A stretch of 62,810 nt of DNA, the filler included, from Welwitschia mirabilis (Eukaryota): NCBI GenBank assembly GCA_051453625.1. It is 6 parts of one record of this genome, joined end to end, with 100 filler letters (N's around TTAATTAATTAA, not from the genome) between each part and the next. Parts side by side here need not be neighbours in the genome. Positions count along the whole stretch, not along the records: positions 44,567 to 57,484 come from JBOZIK010000001.1; positions 57,585 to 62,810 come from JBOZIK010000001.1; 4 more parts are not named here. The stretch is one strand, 5' to 3'. Each line of letters opens with the position of its first letter. Positions within the stretch are counted from its first letter, which is position 1. The notes under the pieces were generated by a model, which had not been told where the DNA came from, searched no databases, and saw nothing but the letters and a program-made list of their open reading frames with translations. Below are positions 50,701-62,810 of this stretch, in pieces. A program made the translations under genes and the position numbers.

Positions 50701-53700
50701 TATTTAATTAGCTTCTATCCATGTAAAAAGATACTTTGAAGATTTTATGAGTAGGATTAAGCTAGAGGTAGACTAGAGATTAACTAAAATACAACTTAGA
50801 TGGATAGCAGATGCACATGAAGTTTATTACTTCTCAAAGGCTAGAGAGTTCTATGACATGATGTACATTGAGAGGTGATTTGATACTTGTGACTGCCTAG
50901 TTGAGATGGTTATAGCTACTATTCATGGGCATGAGATATCTATTTTCCTTGGCCACATCGCTATAGTTATTGAGTTAGGTGGTATTGAAAGCACTCATAT
51001 TTACTCAGCTAGAGGTACAAAGGATTGTTATGCTTATGGCATAGTATTAGACATACTAGCTAATATTACTAGTAATAAAAGGNNNNNNNNNNNNNNNNNN
51101 NNNNNNNNNNNNNNNNNNNNNNNNNNNNNNNNNNNNNNNNNNNNNNNNNNNNNNNNNNNNNNNNNNNNNNNNNNNNNNNNNNAGATTAACTAAAATACAA
51201 CTTAGATGGATAGCAGATGTACATGAAGTCTATTACATCTCAAAGGATAGAGAGTTCTATGACATGATGTACATTGAGAGGTGATTTGATACTTGTGACT
51301 GCCTAGTTGACATGGTTATAGCTACTATTCATGGGCATGATATATCTATTTTCCTTAGCCACATCGCTATAGTTATTGAGTTAGGTGGTATTGAAAGCAC
51401 TCATATTTACTTAGCTAGAGGTACAAAGGATTGTGATGCTTATGGCATAGTATTAGACATACTAGCTAATATTACTAGTAATAAAAGGTGATTTTTGGTG
51501 ACACATTTATTACCTTCCTATCAGATTCTACATAGAGGATTAATCTATAACATCAACTCATCTTTCCATGATAATCATGCCATGATAGCACATTTGCATA
51601 TGCTGGTAGTATTTAGACAAAGGAAGAAAATGGACCTTCTAATATTTATCTAGAGGAGACTCAAGATAATGATTGAGGCTTGTTAGATTCAAACTTTGGA
51701 ACATTCGTGCCTCCTATCAACTATGTTTAGATACTTTGGTATACCTGAGCCTATATGCAAGCAGTGAAATCTTCAGACTTTAGACCATTACCTACAGGAT
51801 ATGAGCATATAAGTCTCAAAATAGGCAGAAATACTATAGGTAAAAAGACCTGTGGTTGGTATGACCATTGATCAGATACAGGCACTCTTGGTAAACATAG
51901 CATAGGGCCTTAGAGAGGCTATGGACTAAGGATTCATTGAGTTACAGCAAAGAATACCCATTATTAAGAGGAGAGTTTAGCATACAAAGGAGCACACTGA
52001 TAGATGGGTGTAATCNNNNNNNNNNNNNNNNNNNNNNNNNNNNNNNNNNNNNNNNNNNNNNNNNNNNNNNNNNNNNNNNNNNNNNNNNNNNNNNNNNNNN
52101 NNNNNNNNNNNNNNNAGTTCATAAGCATCATCCATCTTCCCCACCTACACTTAATCCTACAATACATCAACAGTTCATTTTAGCATGACAAGAAAAGTAA
52201 TTTATTATATTATATTATATGTCTTTTTTCTATGACTTGTATTAGAAGAAGACTCATTTTTTTATAGATACATTATTTTTTTGACTATTTCTATTGTGCT
52301 CACTTTTATTTTTAAGATATTATGCTCATTACTTATTGTTGCAGTGTGTATTTGTGCACTAGTTCACNNNNNNNNNNNNNNNNNNNNNNNNNNNNNNNNN
52401 NNNNNNNNNNNNNNNNNNNNNNNNNNNNNNNNNNNNNNNNNNNNNNNNNNNNNNNNNNNNNNNNNNNAACTAAGCATTTATCTGTTGGTTTATCTGCAAA
52501 ACAACTCAAAATACCCTATCAAATACACTTAAGTTGGTGTCGCAACACTTTTATATTTTTAATGTTTCATAATAATGATTTTTTATGTTATACATGATTA
52601 TTTTTTATAATATGCTATACATTTAAGTTAGGAGCTATTAATTTTTAAAGTATTTTAGCATTTATCTTTTTCAAAATTTTTTGTAGGCTTTTATTTTTCT
52701 AAAGAATTTTTCGAACTTGTCATTCCCTCCATTGTCTAGATGATTTATAGAACAATAGTATGACCACTTAATTTGCATAGGTAAAATGTTTAGTTATCTA
52801 TGATTAATATTTTTGTCCTCCATTTTTAGATTTCTAAGATTATTTATAAGTTTATTTGTAGTCTCTAGTTGATTTATCTTTAGTTAATTTGGCTTGCAAT
52901 CATGGTTGTTCACCTAACTTTGTAAGGGATTTACAAGTCTAAGTGGGGAGCTATATTTTATTACCAAATTATATATATTTGATAGGGTATTTTGAGTAGA
53001 TTTATATGACATTAGATAGGTTCATGTTGAGTTTTGATGATAATGGATATGCAAGGCAAATATTACAAAAACATGCAATCTTTATTACATTTGATAGTAT
53101 TTAAGCCAAATTGCAATACTTCCTATCTAAACTAGAAACCCTATAATTAAAGAGGCTAATATAATACAAGAAACATCTTTATAAAGTCCATCATCCACCA
53201 TATTATTCAGATGATAGTATAGATGACTAAAAAATTTATGTCGACTAGGATACTTGTTAGATCAAATTGGCAAATGATGTGGATTTTGTATGATGTGGGA
53301 TTATCTCCTGTGACATTTGGATGACTAACAGGATAATACGTAAACATAACTATTCATCAAATTTCACTAAAATTTCATCATATGTATGTACCTTCTTATG
53401 TAGCTATTAGGATTTTATCACATCTATTAGTGTTTGCTATTTGTAGAGTCTTATTTGTAATAAGCACCTCCTTCATTCTCAACTCCAAATTCATCTTCTT
53501 TAGCAATAGAAATTATCATGACAGGAGATTGAAGGAAAAGAGATCCATCCATTGTTATTGTAGAGAGATATCTTCCTTGGTATTGCGCTATATATCCTTC
53601 ATTAAGGTGCTGCTACTTTCTAACATGAATGTAGATTTGAATATAATTAAAACACTATTTCTCTTTTTATATCTTTTATTATGTGCATCTCTCTTATGGT

Positions 53701-54212
53701 TTATATTACTTATGATTCTATGATAGCTTTATCTATGATATAGATCATAAGGACAATCTTTGTTAAGATTGATATTGGTAGTTTAGATGCATTGCATTTC
53801 ATTTTCTAGATTAACTTACATTTTTTTAAATATTATATTTAAAGCACCTAATAGCTTAGATTGGTCTTGGTTAGTGATGATTTCCTTATTGATTTAGATT
53901 GTATAAGGTTGATCTTCATAACAAGTTAATTTGATAATTGAATAGATGTTGCATTTAGATTAGTCTTGCATTTTATTTACATAGCATGTTTACTTGCATT
54001 ATTTACTTTGCATTGTTATTTTGTTATAGTTAGGAAGTACATAAATATTTTATTTGAAATCAATTCTCTTTCTTATCATCTATGCCTTTGATGAATTATG
54101 ACATTTGGGTCACTCTTATTTATATTAGTATATTATGTTATGCAATAAATATTTTTATGATTTTCAGGATTTGCTCAAGGATGTAACATTTACACAAATA
54201 TGCACTGCAACA
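44780..54212 (+). mobile_element. 5'-truncated Athila-like Ty3/gypsy element: decayed pol (44780-48400), long 3' region with a possible accessory ORF remnant (~50500-52000), 3' LTR 52952-54212
   Basis: Motifs LLGREFYAIVHCII, QRRLNLAL, SKWISP, RMCIDFKKLN, FFDGHSDYN, KTTFT, ARLIRWILLMQEF, PPWYVNIVNYL, CGSHF, VDYVIKWVEAI, SNGQAENANREIK, order RT-RH-INT. PPT AAGTGGGGAGC at 52941-52951; the LTR resembles 17358-18600 and ends TGCAACA. Confidence 0.85.
52337..52547 (-). mobile_element. Solo-LTR-like Athila-family insertion (interior lost in a gap)
   Basis: Both termini visible (TGTTGCAGTGTG... and ...GGTGTCGCAACA); flanks CTTAT and CTTTT form a TSD with one mismatch. Confidence 0.7.
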
Positions 54213-56540
54213 TGTATCATTTCCCATCTAGGCATACATCTAAACATGATTTAATCTTTGCATCTATCATAAAGATGGGATTCATTCCACTCATAGTTGC
54301 CAATCCTATAGAGAAAACAGTTTTGTTGGTTATGATTCCAATGCTAAAGTATTTTCATGGTAATAATGTAGTTCATAATGTCAGCATACGAAGAAGAAAG
54401 ATGAGTGGAGGAGATGACATAGAGTTGTTTAATAGCAAATAGTTGTTCATCATGAAAGGAATCATTAATTGGAAGCTTATTAGAATAAGAGAGTCAAGAC
54501 AAGTGATCCACAACACTAATATGTTTCCTAGCCTTATCAATAATGGTAAGATTAAACTCTTGCATGAAAAAGATCCATTCAATATGTCTGGCACTAGAAT
54601 CTTTCTTGATCATAAGGTGATATATGACTACATGAGCTATATAAACATTAGTATGAAAGCCAATAAGATAGTAGCTAAGGTGATCAAGGCAAAAGATAAT
54701 GGCAAGAACTTCTTTTTAGTGGTAGTATAATTGTATTGGGCCTTAGAAAAAGTTTTATTAAGATAAGATATGACTCTAAAATCATTTTCATATTTTTGAC
54801 TAAGAACCCCATCCACAGCAATGTTGCTAGTATCACATATAAGTTTAAAATCCTTAGTCCAATCAGATCCCATTACAATAGGTTTAGAAGAAATTTAATC
54901 CTTAATTACTTGAAAGGTAAGTTAACATAAGTTATTCCAATCAAATTTAGCTTATTTTTTAAGTAATAGGTTAAGAGGTTTATAAACCTTGGTATAATTT
55001 TGAATAAAATAGTGATAGAAATCAACAAGACCCAAGGAAGGTTTAACTTATTTTACATTAGTTGGAGGGTTAAGGTTTTTAATGATACCAAATTTTGCAA
55101 AGTCTATCCTAATTCCCTTACTAGAAATGTGGTGATGTAAAAAAATCCAATTATTAAGAAGGAAGAAACTCTTTTCTAATCTTAAGTATAGGCCATTTTT
55201 TATGCATGTATCTAAGACTTTCTCTAACCTTTCCATAATCTGTTTAAAAGTTTCATCAAAAATTAAGAAGTCATCCATAAAAACTCTTATAGAGTCCTTA
55301 ATCATATCAAAAAAGATACCTATAATTACTCATTGAAAATTTCTAGGGGTATTACAAAGTTCAAAAGGCATTTTTATAAAGGTAAAGATTCTAAAGGAAG
55401 AAGTAAAGGTTATTTTTTCTGAGTCCTTACTAGTTATAAAAACCTAATTATAACCACTATATCAATTAAAAAAACAGTAATAGNNNNNNNNNNNNNNNNN
55501 NNNNNNNNNNNNNNNNNNNNNNNNNNNNNNNNNNNNNNNNNNNNNNNNNNNNNNNNNNNNNNNNNNNNNNNNNNCATTCTATTTTCCAACCATTTTAGGA
55601 ACTACCATTAAGGCGCTAACCCAAGCACTATCAGATATTACATAGATAATTTCAACATCCATAAGTTTAATAATTTCATCTTTGACTACTTGCTTAAGGG
55701 CTAGGTTAAGCCTTCATTAGGGTTTTCTAACTGGTTCAGCATTATCTTCAAATTAGATTTTATAATAAATTATGAAAAAGAAAATAATAATTAAATCCTT
55801 ATGGGTTTAAGAGAAAGCATTTTCCATAGAAGTTAAAAGCGAGACCAAGTTAGATTCTTATTGAAGAGTAAGAAGTTCANNNNNNNNNNNNNNNNNNNNN
55901 NNNNNNNNNNNNNNNNNNNNNNNNNNNNNNNNNNNNNNNNNNNNNNNNNNNNNNNNNNNNNNNNNNNNNNNNNNNNNNNCTACCATTAAGGGGCTAACCC
56001 AATCACTATCAGATATTACATAGATAATTTCAACATTCATAAGTTTAATAATTTCATCTTTGACTACTTGCTTAAGGGCCAGGTTAAGCCTTCATTGGGG
56101 TTCTCTAACTGGTTCAGCATTATCTTCAAATTAGATTTTATAATAAATTATAAAAAAGAAAATAATAATTAAATCCTTATGGGTTTAAGAAAAAGCATTT
56201 TCCATAGAAGTTAAAAGCGAGACCAAGTTAGATTCTTATTGAAGAGTAAGAAGTTCACTTATCATCAAAGGTTTCTTTACATTTTTAGACAAAAAATGTA
56301 TTTCAAATATTTGGGTAAGTATTTTAGTTTTAAGTTGTAATCTTTAGTTTTTCTTGCTGAGTAGCCATCATTGACTATCATCCTGGATTATTATTTGAAT
56401 CATTAAAGTAGATGACACCCCTCAAAAAGGTTTTTATTAAGTTTACATATTGGAATTCTTCCTATTCTAAAAATTCCTCATTCTTATGATTGAGAAAATG
56501 TATTTTAATTAGGTCACCATATAAATTTAATTCATGTAGG
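54213..56540 (-). pseudogene. Degenerate Athila-like pol (RT, RNase H, start of integrase)
   Basis: IIYVISDSDWVSPL, RVFMDDFLIF...LEKVLDTC...LEKSFF, DWTKDFKLICDTSNIAVDGVLSQ, AQYNYTTTKK in minus-strand ORF fragments. Confidence 0.9.
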
Positions 56541-56542
56541 AG

Positions 56543-57484
56543 TATTGTGGTGTGAACTTGTGTAATTTTTAAGTCCTCAAGTAAAGCCTATCAATTACAA
56601 GTACTTACAAAAAAACACACACTAATATACACAAGAATTAACCTGAATGTCGTAATCCATTGAAGGTATTAAGGCTAGAAGTGAAAGAATTGATTTAATA
56701 AAGTATTTTAATCATTTTTCTTTAGGTAAATGGAAATACAAATAATCTAAGTTCAATGTAACATGAATGATGATGAAATACAAATGTAATGAATAATGAA
56801 TCTATTTAACTTCTAATCTTTATATTACCAAGATTAGCTTGTATAACTTAGTTTAATTAGGGAAAGTATCACTTGAATTTAATCAACTTAAGCTATAAGT
56901 TACATTAAACAAAATATGAAAGTATCAAAATGCAATGTGGAATGAATGCAATATCTAAACTAGTAGTATCAACCTCAATAAAGGTTATTCTTATGATCTA
57001 AATCAACTATAAAGCTATCATGAAATCATAACCTACTTAAACCATAAGGGAGATGTACACAATAGAAGTAAACTATTCTTTATATTAATCTTGAATTAAC
57101 ATCCACTTATAAAGAAGCAACACCTCAATGGAGGACATAGAGCCTATGTTGTGATGTGAATTTATGCAATCCTAAAGCTCTTTAGATAAACCTATAAATC
57201 AAATAACTTACAAAAAAACACACGCTAGTATAGATAGAAGTTTACTGAATGTCGTAATACCAACAAAGGCACTAGGTTTAGAGTTAGAGAATTGATTTTC
57301 AAAGGTACTTTTAGACTTTAATCTATTAATAATTGAAAGTGAATAATAAAGTAAATGCAATGTAAGATGAATGGATATGAAATGCAGTGAATAAAAATGG
57401 AAATATATTCTACTTAGATCCTAGTCCTTCTGTCACAAGGACTACTTTCTCTATAACTTATATCAATTAAGAAGAGCATCCACT
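56543..57484 (-). mobile_element. Two nested Athila-family LTR 3' halves (ends at 56543 and 57147)
   Basis: The block ACTTACAAAAAAACACAC...TGAATGTCGTAAT...AGAATTGATTT occurs twice (~56600 and ~57205) and is the reverse complement of sequence near the ends of the + strand Athila LTRs. Confidence 0.65.
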
Positions 57485-57584
57485 NNNNNNNNNNNNNNNN
57501 NNNNNNNNNNNNNNNNNNNNNNNNNNNNTTAATTAATTAANNNNNNNNNNNNNNNNNNNNNNNNNNNNNNNNNNNNNNNNNNNN

Positions 57585-58688
57585 CTTTACCTTCGTCTCT
57601 TTAAGTATGTAATCATGTGAGAATTATTTCTGTGGAAAAAAAAGTAGAGAGAAAGAATAATGATCATGATCTATTATATTTGTGCTAAAATACATAGTCA
57701 CCATGATGTCCTATAACACCAAGGTAAATTTTTGTGAAAGGAACCTTTGGTAGTGTTGGTAGTTATGGGAACTCCATTGGGGGATACATTGGCAATGCTT
57801 CGAGAGTCCTCACTTCTCTGACTATGGATGCACTCCTTTCATCATAGAAATTACTAATAAAAATTTAAGGCTATGGAATTAGTGGTGTTCTTAGCATCAT
57901 TAAAGCCATTACTTATTTTCTAAACTCTTACTATTCCCATATGATCATTTCACTTTTGATGATTCGAGTGTATTTTAGAGCGTGAACAAGTTAATTCATT
58001 TCTGAGTAGCTTTTGATCTTATCATTGATTATTTTGAGTACTTGACCTTGCTGTCATTATAATCACTGCCTTTTCGAGTGGAAAATTTTGGAGTCAATAA
58101 TTTTTGTCATGCATCTTTATTTAGATGGCTTTATAATGTATTTTGAGGTGGTTTGTTAGGTTAGAATTTAGGGTAGATAAGATATCTTCTTCATGGTCCT
58201 TGTGTCCATTCTTATTCTTGTACTTTTTCATCATTATCTAGGACCTTATCATTCAGTAGTTTACCTATTATTATTCTTATAATTCTTATTAATAAAAAGT
58301 TTATTCCTTTTTAACATTTTAATGAGATGATCTTCTTCCTTTTTTAGATTTTTATAAGATTACTTTGAGCCTTTTGGAGTTCTACATATTTTTATGATTA
58401 TTTTTTAGTTCAGGCATATTTATTTAGTTTTTTTTAATAGGTTTCACTTACTTAGCGTAATTTTCATTGCCCTATATTTTGATTCCTTTATGTATCCTTA
58501 TTCATCATAATTCTTCACCATTACCTATTTTTTAAGTTCTCTGATACATTCTGATACCTTCACACTGATATTTAAAACTAACTTATTTAACTGACATTTT
58601 TATTTTTAAAAACTTTTTCAAAGTTCTGTTATCCATCAGGTCATCTAGATGACATTGGAAAGGACATTGAGATTTTTTTCACTAAAAN
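57585..58688 (+). mobile_element. Athila-family 3' non-coding internal fragment
   Basis: Aligns by eye with 15230-16370 and 48740-49800 (GTGCTAAAATACAT..TCACCATGATGTCCTA..ACAC..GGTAAATTTT). Confidence 0.8.
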
Positions 58689-61374
58689 NNNNNNNNNNNN
58701 NNNNNNNNNNNNNNNNNNNNNNNNNNNNNNNNNNNNNNNNNNNNNNNNNNNNNNNNNNNNNNNNNNNNNNNNNNNNNNNNNNNNNNNNNNNNNNNNNNNN
58801 NNNNNNNNNNNNNNNNNNNNNNNNNNNNNNNNNNNNNNNNNNNNNNNNNNNNNNNNNNNNNNNNNNNNNNNNNNNNNNNNNNNNNNNNNNNNNNNNNNNN
58901 NNNNNNNNNNNNNNNNNNNNNNNNNNNNNNNNNNNNNNNNNNNNNNNNNNNNNNNNNNNNNNNNNNNNNNNNNNNNNNNNNNNNNNNNNNNNNNNNNNNN
59001 NNNNNNNNNNNNNNNNNNNNNNNNNNNNNNNNNNNNNNNNNNNNNNNNNNNNNNNNNNNNNNNNNNNNNNNNNNNNNNNNNNNNNNNNNNNNNNNNNNNN
59101 NNNNNNNNNNNNNNNNNNNNNNNNNNNNNNNNNNNNNNNNNNNNNNNNNNNNNNNNNNNNNNNNNNNNNNNNNNNNNNNNNNNNNNNNNNNNNNNNNNNN
59201 NNNNNNNNNNNNNNNNNNNNNNNNNNNNNNNNNNNNNNNNNNNNNNNNNNNATAAACTATATAATATACTTTAATATTAATTTTAATCAAAACCCTTTTT
59301 TCATTCCTAGTGAGATTTTATGTGTAGCCCTGCAATCAATAATGTATTATTTGTCAAATATTATAGATACTCAAATGTTAATTATTTAACCTTAGTTTTA
59401 GAAAATTTTAATATTTCAAGTTATAATAATAATTATAAGAATATTAATACTAAATAAACCTATTAGAAAAGTCATTTTTATGGTTAGATAGTTAAATTAA
59501 AAAATCCATATGAAGATGTAAAATAATATCTACAAAAAAAGGCATGCGACATATTTATTTTAATCATTTATTTATGTATCTTATTCATGTTTTAAAAGAA
59601 ACTAAGATTACTTGGTAATAGTGAAAGAAGAATAATTATGAGTACTATATTTAACTATAACAATTCCTTACATTTAATTATGACATTTTCTTACAACCCA
59701 TTATGACATTTTCCTTACATTTAGTTATGGCATCCCTTTTTTGTTATTGGTGTTGTTGATATGATGTATTATGAGAAGTGTAAACATTTGAATAATGACA
59801 CTCACTCTTATCCATAAATTAAAAAGGATAAATGAGTAGAATTTATTTTACCATTACTTTTATCCTTATTGATATTTATGGAAGTACTTTAGGCATAAAA
59901 TATTATTTTTCTTATTGTTTCACATGACAATTTTGGAATTGGTGTATTTGTTATTCCAATGCATTTTAAATATGTGTTGGATTACTTATGAGCCTATGAA
60001 GGATTAAGAAGAAACTAGCATGAGGAAATGATGCATGTAATTAATCTTTTTAATTAAAGTAAGGAGATTACTCACCCAAATTAGGTGCATAAGTCCTAAA
60101 TAAGATTTCTTTTATCATTTATACATCACTTTCACCTCTTATGCAAGCTTTTAAAACTTCTCATTGATTAATCTTATCAATGTCACTTCTACAAAAGCTA
60201 ATCCAATTTGTCATTGATTAATATTATCATTATCATTCACATTTTCAAATCAGTTTTACATAAAGTATATCCAACTTATCATTGATCAATCTTATCATTG
60301 TCATACATGTTAATGTCACTTTTATACAAGTTCATTTAACTTATTATTGATCAATCTTATCAAGTAAAAGAGCTTTTNNNNNNNNNNNNNNNNNNNNNNN
60401 NNNNNNNNNNNNNNNNNNNNNNNNNNNNNNNNNNNNNNNNNNNNNNNNNNNNNNNNNNNNNNNNNNNNNNNNNNNNNNNNNNNNNNNNNNNNNNNNNNNN
60501 NNNNNNNNNNNNNNNNNNNNNNNNNNNNNNNNNNNNNNNNNNNNNNNNNNNNNNNNNNNNNNNNNNNNNNNNNNNNNNNNNNNNNNNNNNNNNNNNNNNN
60601 NNNNNNNNNNNNNNNNNNNNNNNNNNNNNNNNNNNNNNNNNNNNNNNNNNNNNNNAGGTGCATAAGTCATAAATAAGATTTCTTTTGTCATTTATACATC
60701 ACTTTCACCTCTTATGCAAGCTCTTAAAACTTCTCATTGATTAATCTTATCAATGTCACTTCTACACAAGCTAATCCAATTTGTCATTGATTAATATTAT
60801 TATTATCTTTCACATTTTCAAATTAGTTTTACATAAAGTATATCCAACTTAACATTGATCAATCTTTATCATTATCATACATGTTAATGTCACTTTTATA
60901 CAAGTTCATTTAACTTATTATTGATCAATCTTATCAAGTAAAAAAGCTTTTCTTATCTTTTGGGTAAAATGATGTAGATGATATTTAACCAATTATATGA
61001 AGGACCTTTGGTATATCATATATCTATAAATAGAGCTTTCTCCATTCTTCTCAAACTAGTATTTTTAAAGAAAGTTTATGATACCAAATTTTCTTCTCAA
61101 TCTTTCTTCTTTTTGAGTATGGAGTTGGAGCTTGGAGCTNNNNNNNNNNNNNNNNNNNNNNNNNNNNNNNNNNNNNNNNNNNNNNNNNNNNNNNNNNNNN
61201 NNNNNNNNNNNNNNNNNNNNNNNNNNNNNNNNNATCAATATTCTTCTCGTCAAGTAGGTTCTTCTTTTATGAGCATATTAGTTGTATTTCTTGCATTAAA
61301 CCTATGTATATGATTTTCATTTTTCCCTATCATTAGCTCATACTAAGATAAGGGAGAGATTTGAGGGATCTCTT

Positions 61375-62810
61375 TGTTAGATTATCTTTTATTAATTGAT
61401 ATCAAACTAATGTCTTTAGTATAGCAAATGTTGTATATTTCGTGTAGAAGATATTAAGGTTTTTATAGGTTGAAAGATGGAAGTAAAATATGCACCAGAA
61501 ACCAGTTTATTAGCTTACCCTCTAAAGGGGTCAACTAGTTCCTTAAAGGGTTGACCACATCTAAAGCTGTCAAAGGAAAATGGACTGCATTTAGAGGGGT
61601 TAACTAGATTTTCATGGGTTCGACTAGACTTATAACTTGAGAACTAGTGTCCTTAAACTAAATGGAAAGGGGTCAACTAGATTTTCATGGAGTCGATCAG
61701 ATTTTTANNNNNNNNNNNNNNNNNNNNNNNNNNNNNNNNNNNNNNNNNNNNNNNNNNNNNNNNNNNNNNNNNNNNNNNNNNNNNNNNNNNNNNNNNNNNN
61801 NNNNNNNNNNNNNNNNNNNNNNNNNNNNNNNNNNNNNNNNNNNNNNNNNNNNNNNNNNNNNNNNNNNNNNNNNNNNNNNNNNNNNNATGGGGTCAATTAG
61901 ATTTTTATAGGGTCTACTAAACAGAGCAGAAATGAAACTTTTTTAAATGTTATGTATCCATTATCTAGCCATTAGGTAGTCGTTTTCTATCTATTTATAG
62001 CAGTTGGAGGTACAATTCAAATATACTAAACCTTAATAGCCTTCTATTATAAATAGCTAAGCTATAGACGATCAAGAAATCTTTTGGAATAATTCTTATT
62101 TGGTAAAATCATTTGGATCTAAACTATTAAGCTTTGCATTCACATTGTTATCATTGTTGTATCTTGGCTTCTTCATATCTNNNNNNNNNNNNNNNNNNNN
62201 NNNNNNNNNNNNNNNNNNNNNNNNNNNNNNNNNNNNNNNNNNNNNNNNNNNNNNNNNNNNNNNNNNNNNNNNNNNNNNNNNNNNNNNNNNNNNNNNNNNN
62301 NNNNNNNNNNNNNNNNNNNNNNNNNNNNNNNNNNNNNNNNNNNNNNNNNNNNNNNNNNNNNNNNNNNNNNNNNNNNNNNNNNNNNNNNNNNNNNNNNNNN
62401 NNNNNNNNNNNNNNNNNNNNNNNNNNNNNNNNNNNNNNNNNNNNNNNNNNNNNNNNNNNNNNNNNNNNNNNNNNNNNNNNNNNNNNNNNNNNNNNNNNNN
62501 NNNNNNNNNNNNNNNNNNNNNNNNNNNNNNNNNNNNNNNNNNNNNNNNNNNNNNNNNNNNNNNNNTTGCATCAAATTGGTAGTTTGAGCTATTAGTTTTT
62601 AATTCTTTCCTTTTAGCATGTTAGCTTTTTTTGCACTTTCTAGAATAATTTATTTATGTATGCAAGTTGTGTTTCATATTGATTTATTTCAGATTATTTG
62701 GTGAGTTTTTGAAAGAATTTATTCACCCCCCTCTAGGGTTCTTGATCTTATCATTTTGTATTAGAGATAATTTGAGTCTGTAACAGATTTTAATCAATAT
62801 TCACCTTATA
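61375..62810 (+). mobile_element. 5' LTR (61375-62753) and decayed PBS of another Sirevirus-type element running off the window
   Basis: Start TGTTAGATTAT...TGATATCAAACTAATG as in 36565; GGGGTCAACTAG repeats; end ATTCACCCCCCTCTAGG...TATCA followed by TTTTGTATTAGAG. Confidence 0.85.

Noticed and set aside
50777..51488. Near-identical direct repeats flanking gaps (also ~19484/19891, 47160/47301, 47563/47706, 55605/55980, 60085/60656)
   Set aside because: Almost identical copies on each side of an N gap are most simply unmerged contig overlaps or haplotypes.
39337..52547. ~80-bp inverted repeat pair (39337-39415 vs 52468-52547) suggesting a 13-kb TIR element
   Set aside because: Both are starts of the same Athila-family LTR in opposite orientations, and the right one has its own other terminus and TSD at 52337.
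24252..57540. Recurrent palindrome TTAATTAATTAA (24252, 29889, 39460, 44511, 57529)
   Set aside because: Always centred in a 100-bp N block, so it is an artificial six-frame-stop scaffold linker and not biology.
8013..62595. Long ORFs in the supplied track consisting mainly of X
   Set aside because: They are open only because they run through N gaps.

Overview
Eukaryotic (angiosperm) nuclear DNA from a gapped draft assembly. The only host gene is at the left edge: the last six exons of a + strand glycoside hydrolase family 1 (beta-glucosidase-like) gene (147-1549), with intact splice sites but atypical active-site motifs (ITECG, WSFVDSFEN). The remaining ~61 kb is an old, AT-rich, CpG-depleted nest of transposable elements. 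It includes an L1-type LINE remnant and several Athila-like Ty3/gypsy elements, one complete with ATGGA target-site duplication (TSD) but no RT/RNase H/integrase. A complete Sirevirus-type Ty1/copia element (26776-38003, TSD CACCA) is inserted into the LTR of an opposite-strand Sirevirus that carries an env-like ORF. Also present are Tekay-like gag/LTR pieces, solo LTRs, a CACTA terminus and (GA)n microsatellites. The most unusual structure is an LTR family whose 3' end carries a tandem array of 'LTR terminus + tRNA-iMet primer-binding site' units, seen at two places. Most long ORFs in the supplied track are N-gap artefacts. I found no convincing novel multi-gene system, and all family assignments come from motif recognition by eye, not database searches.
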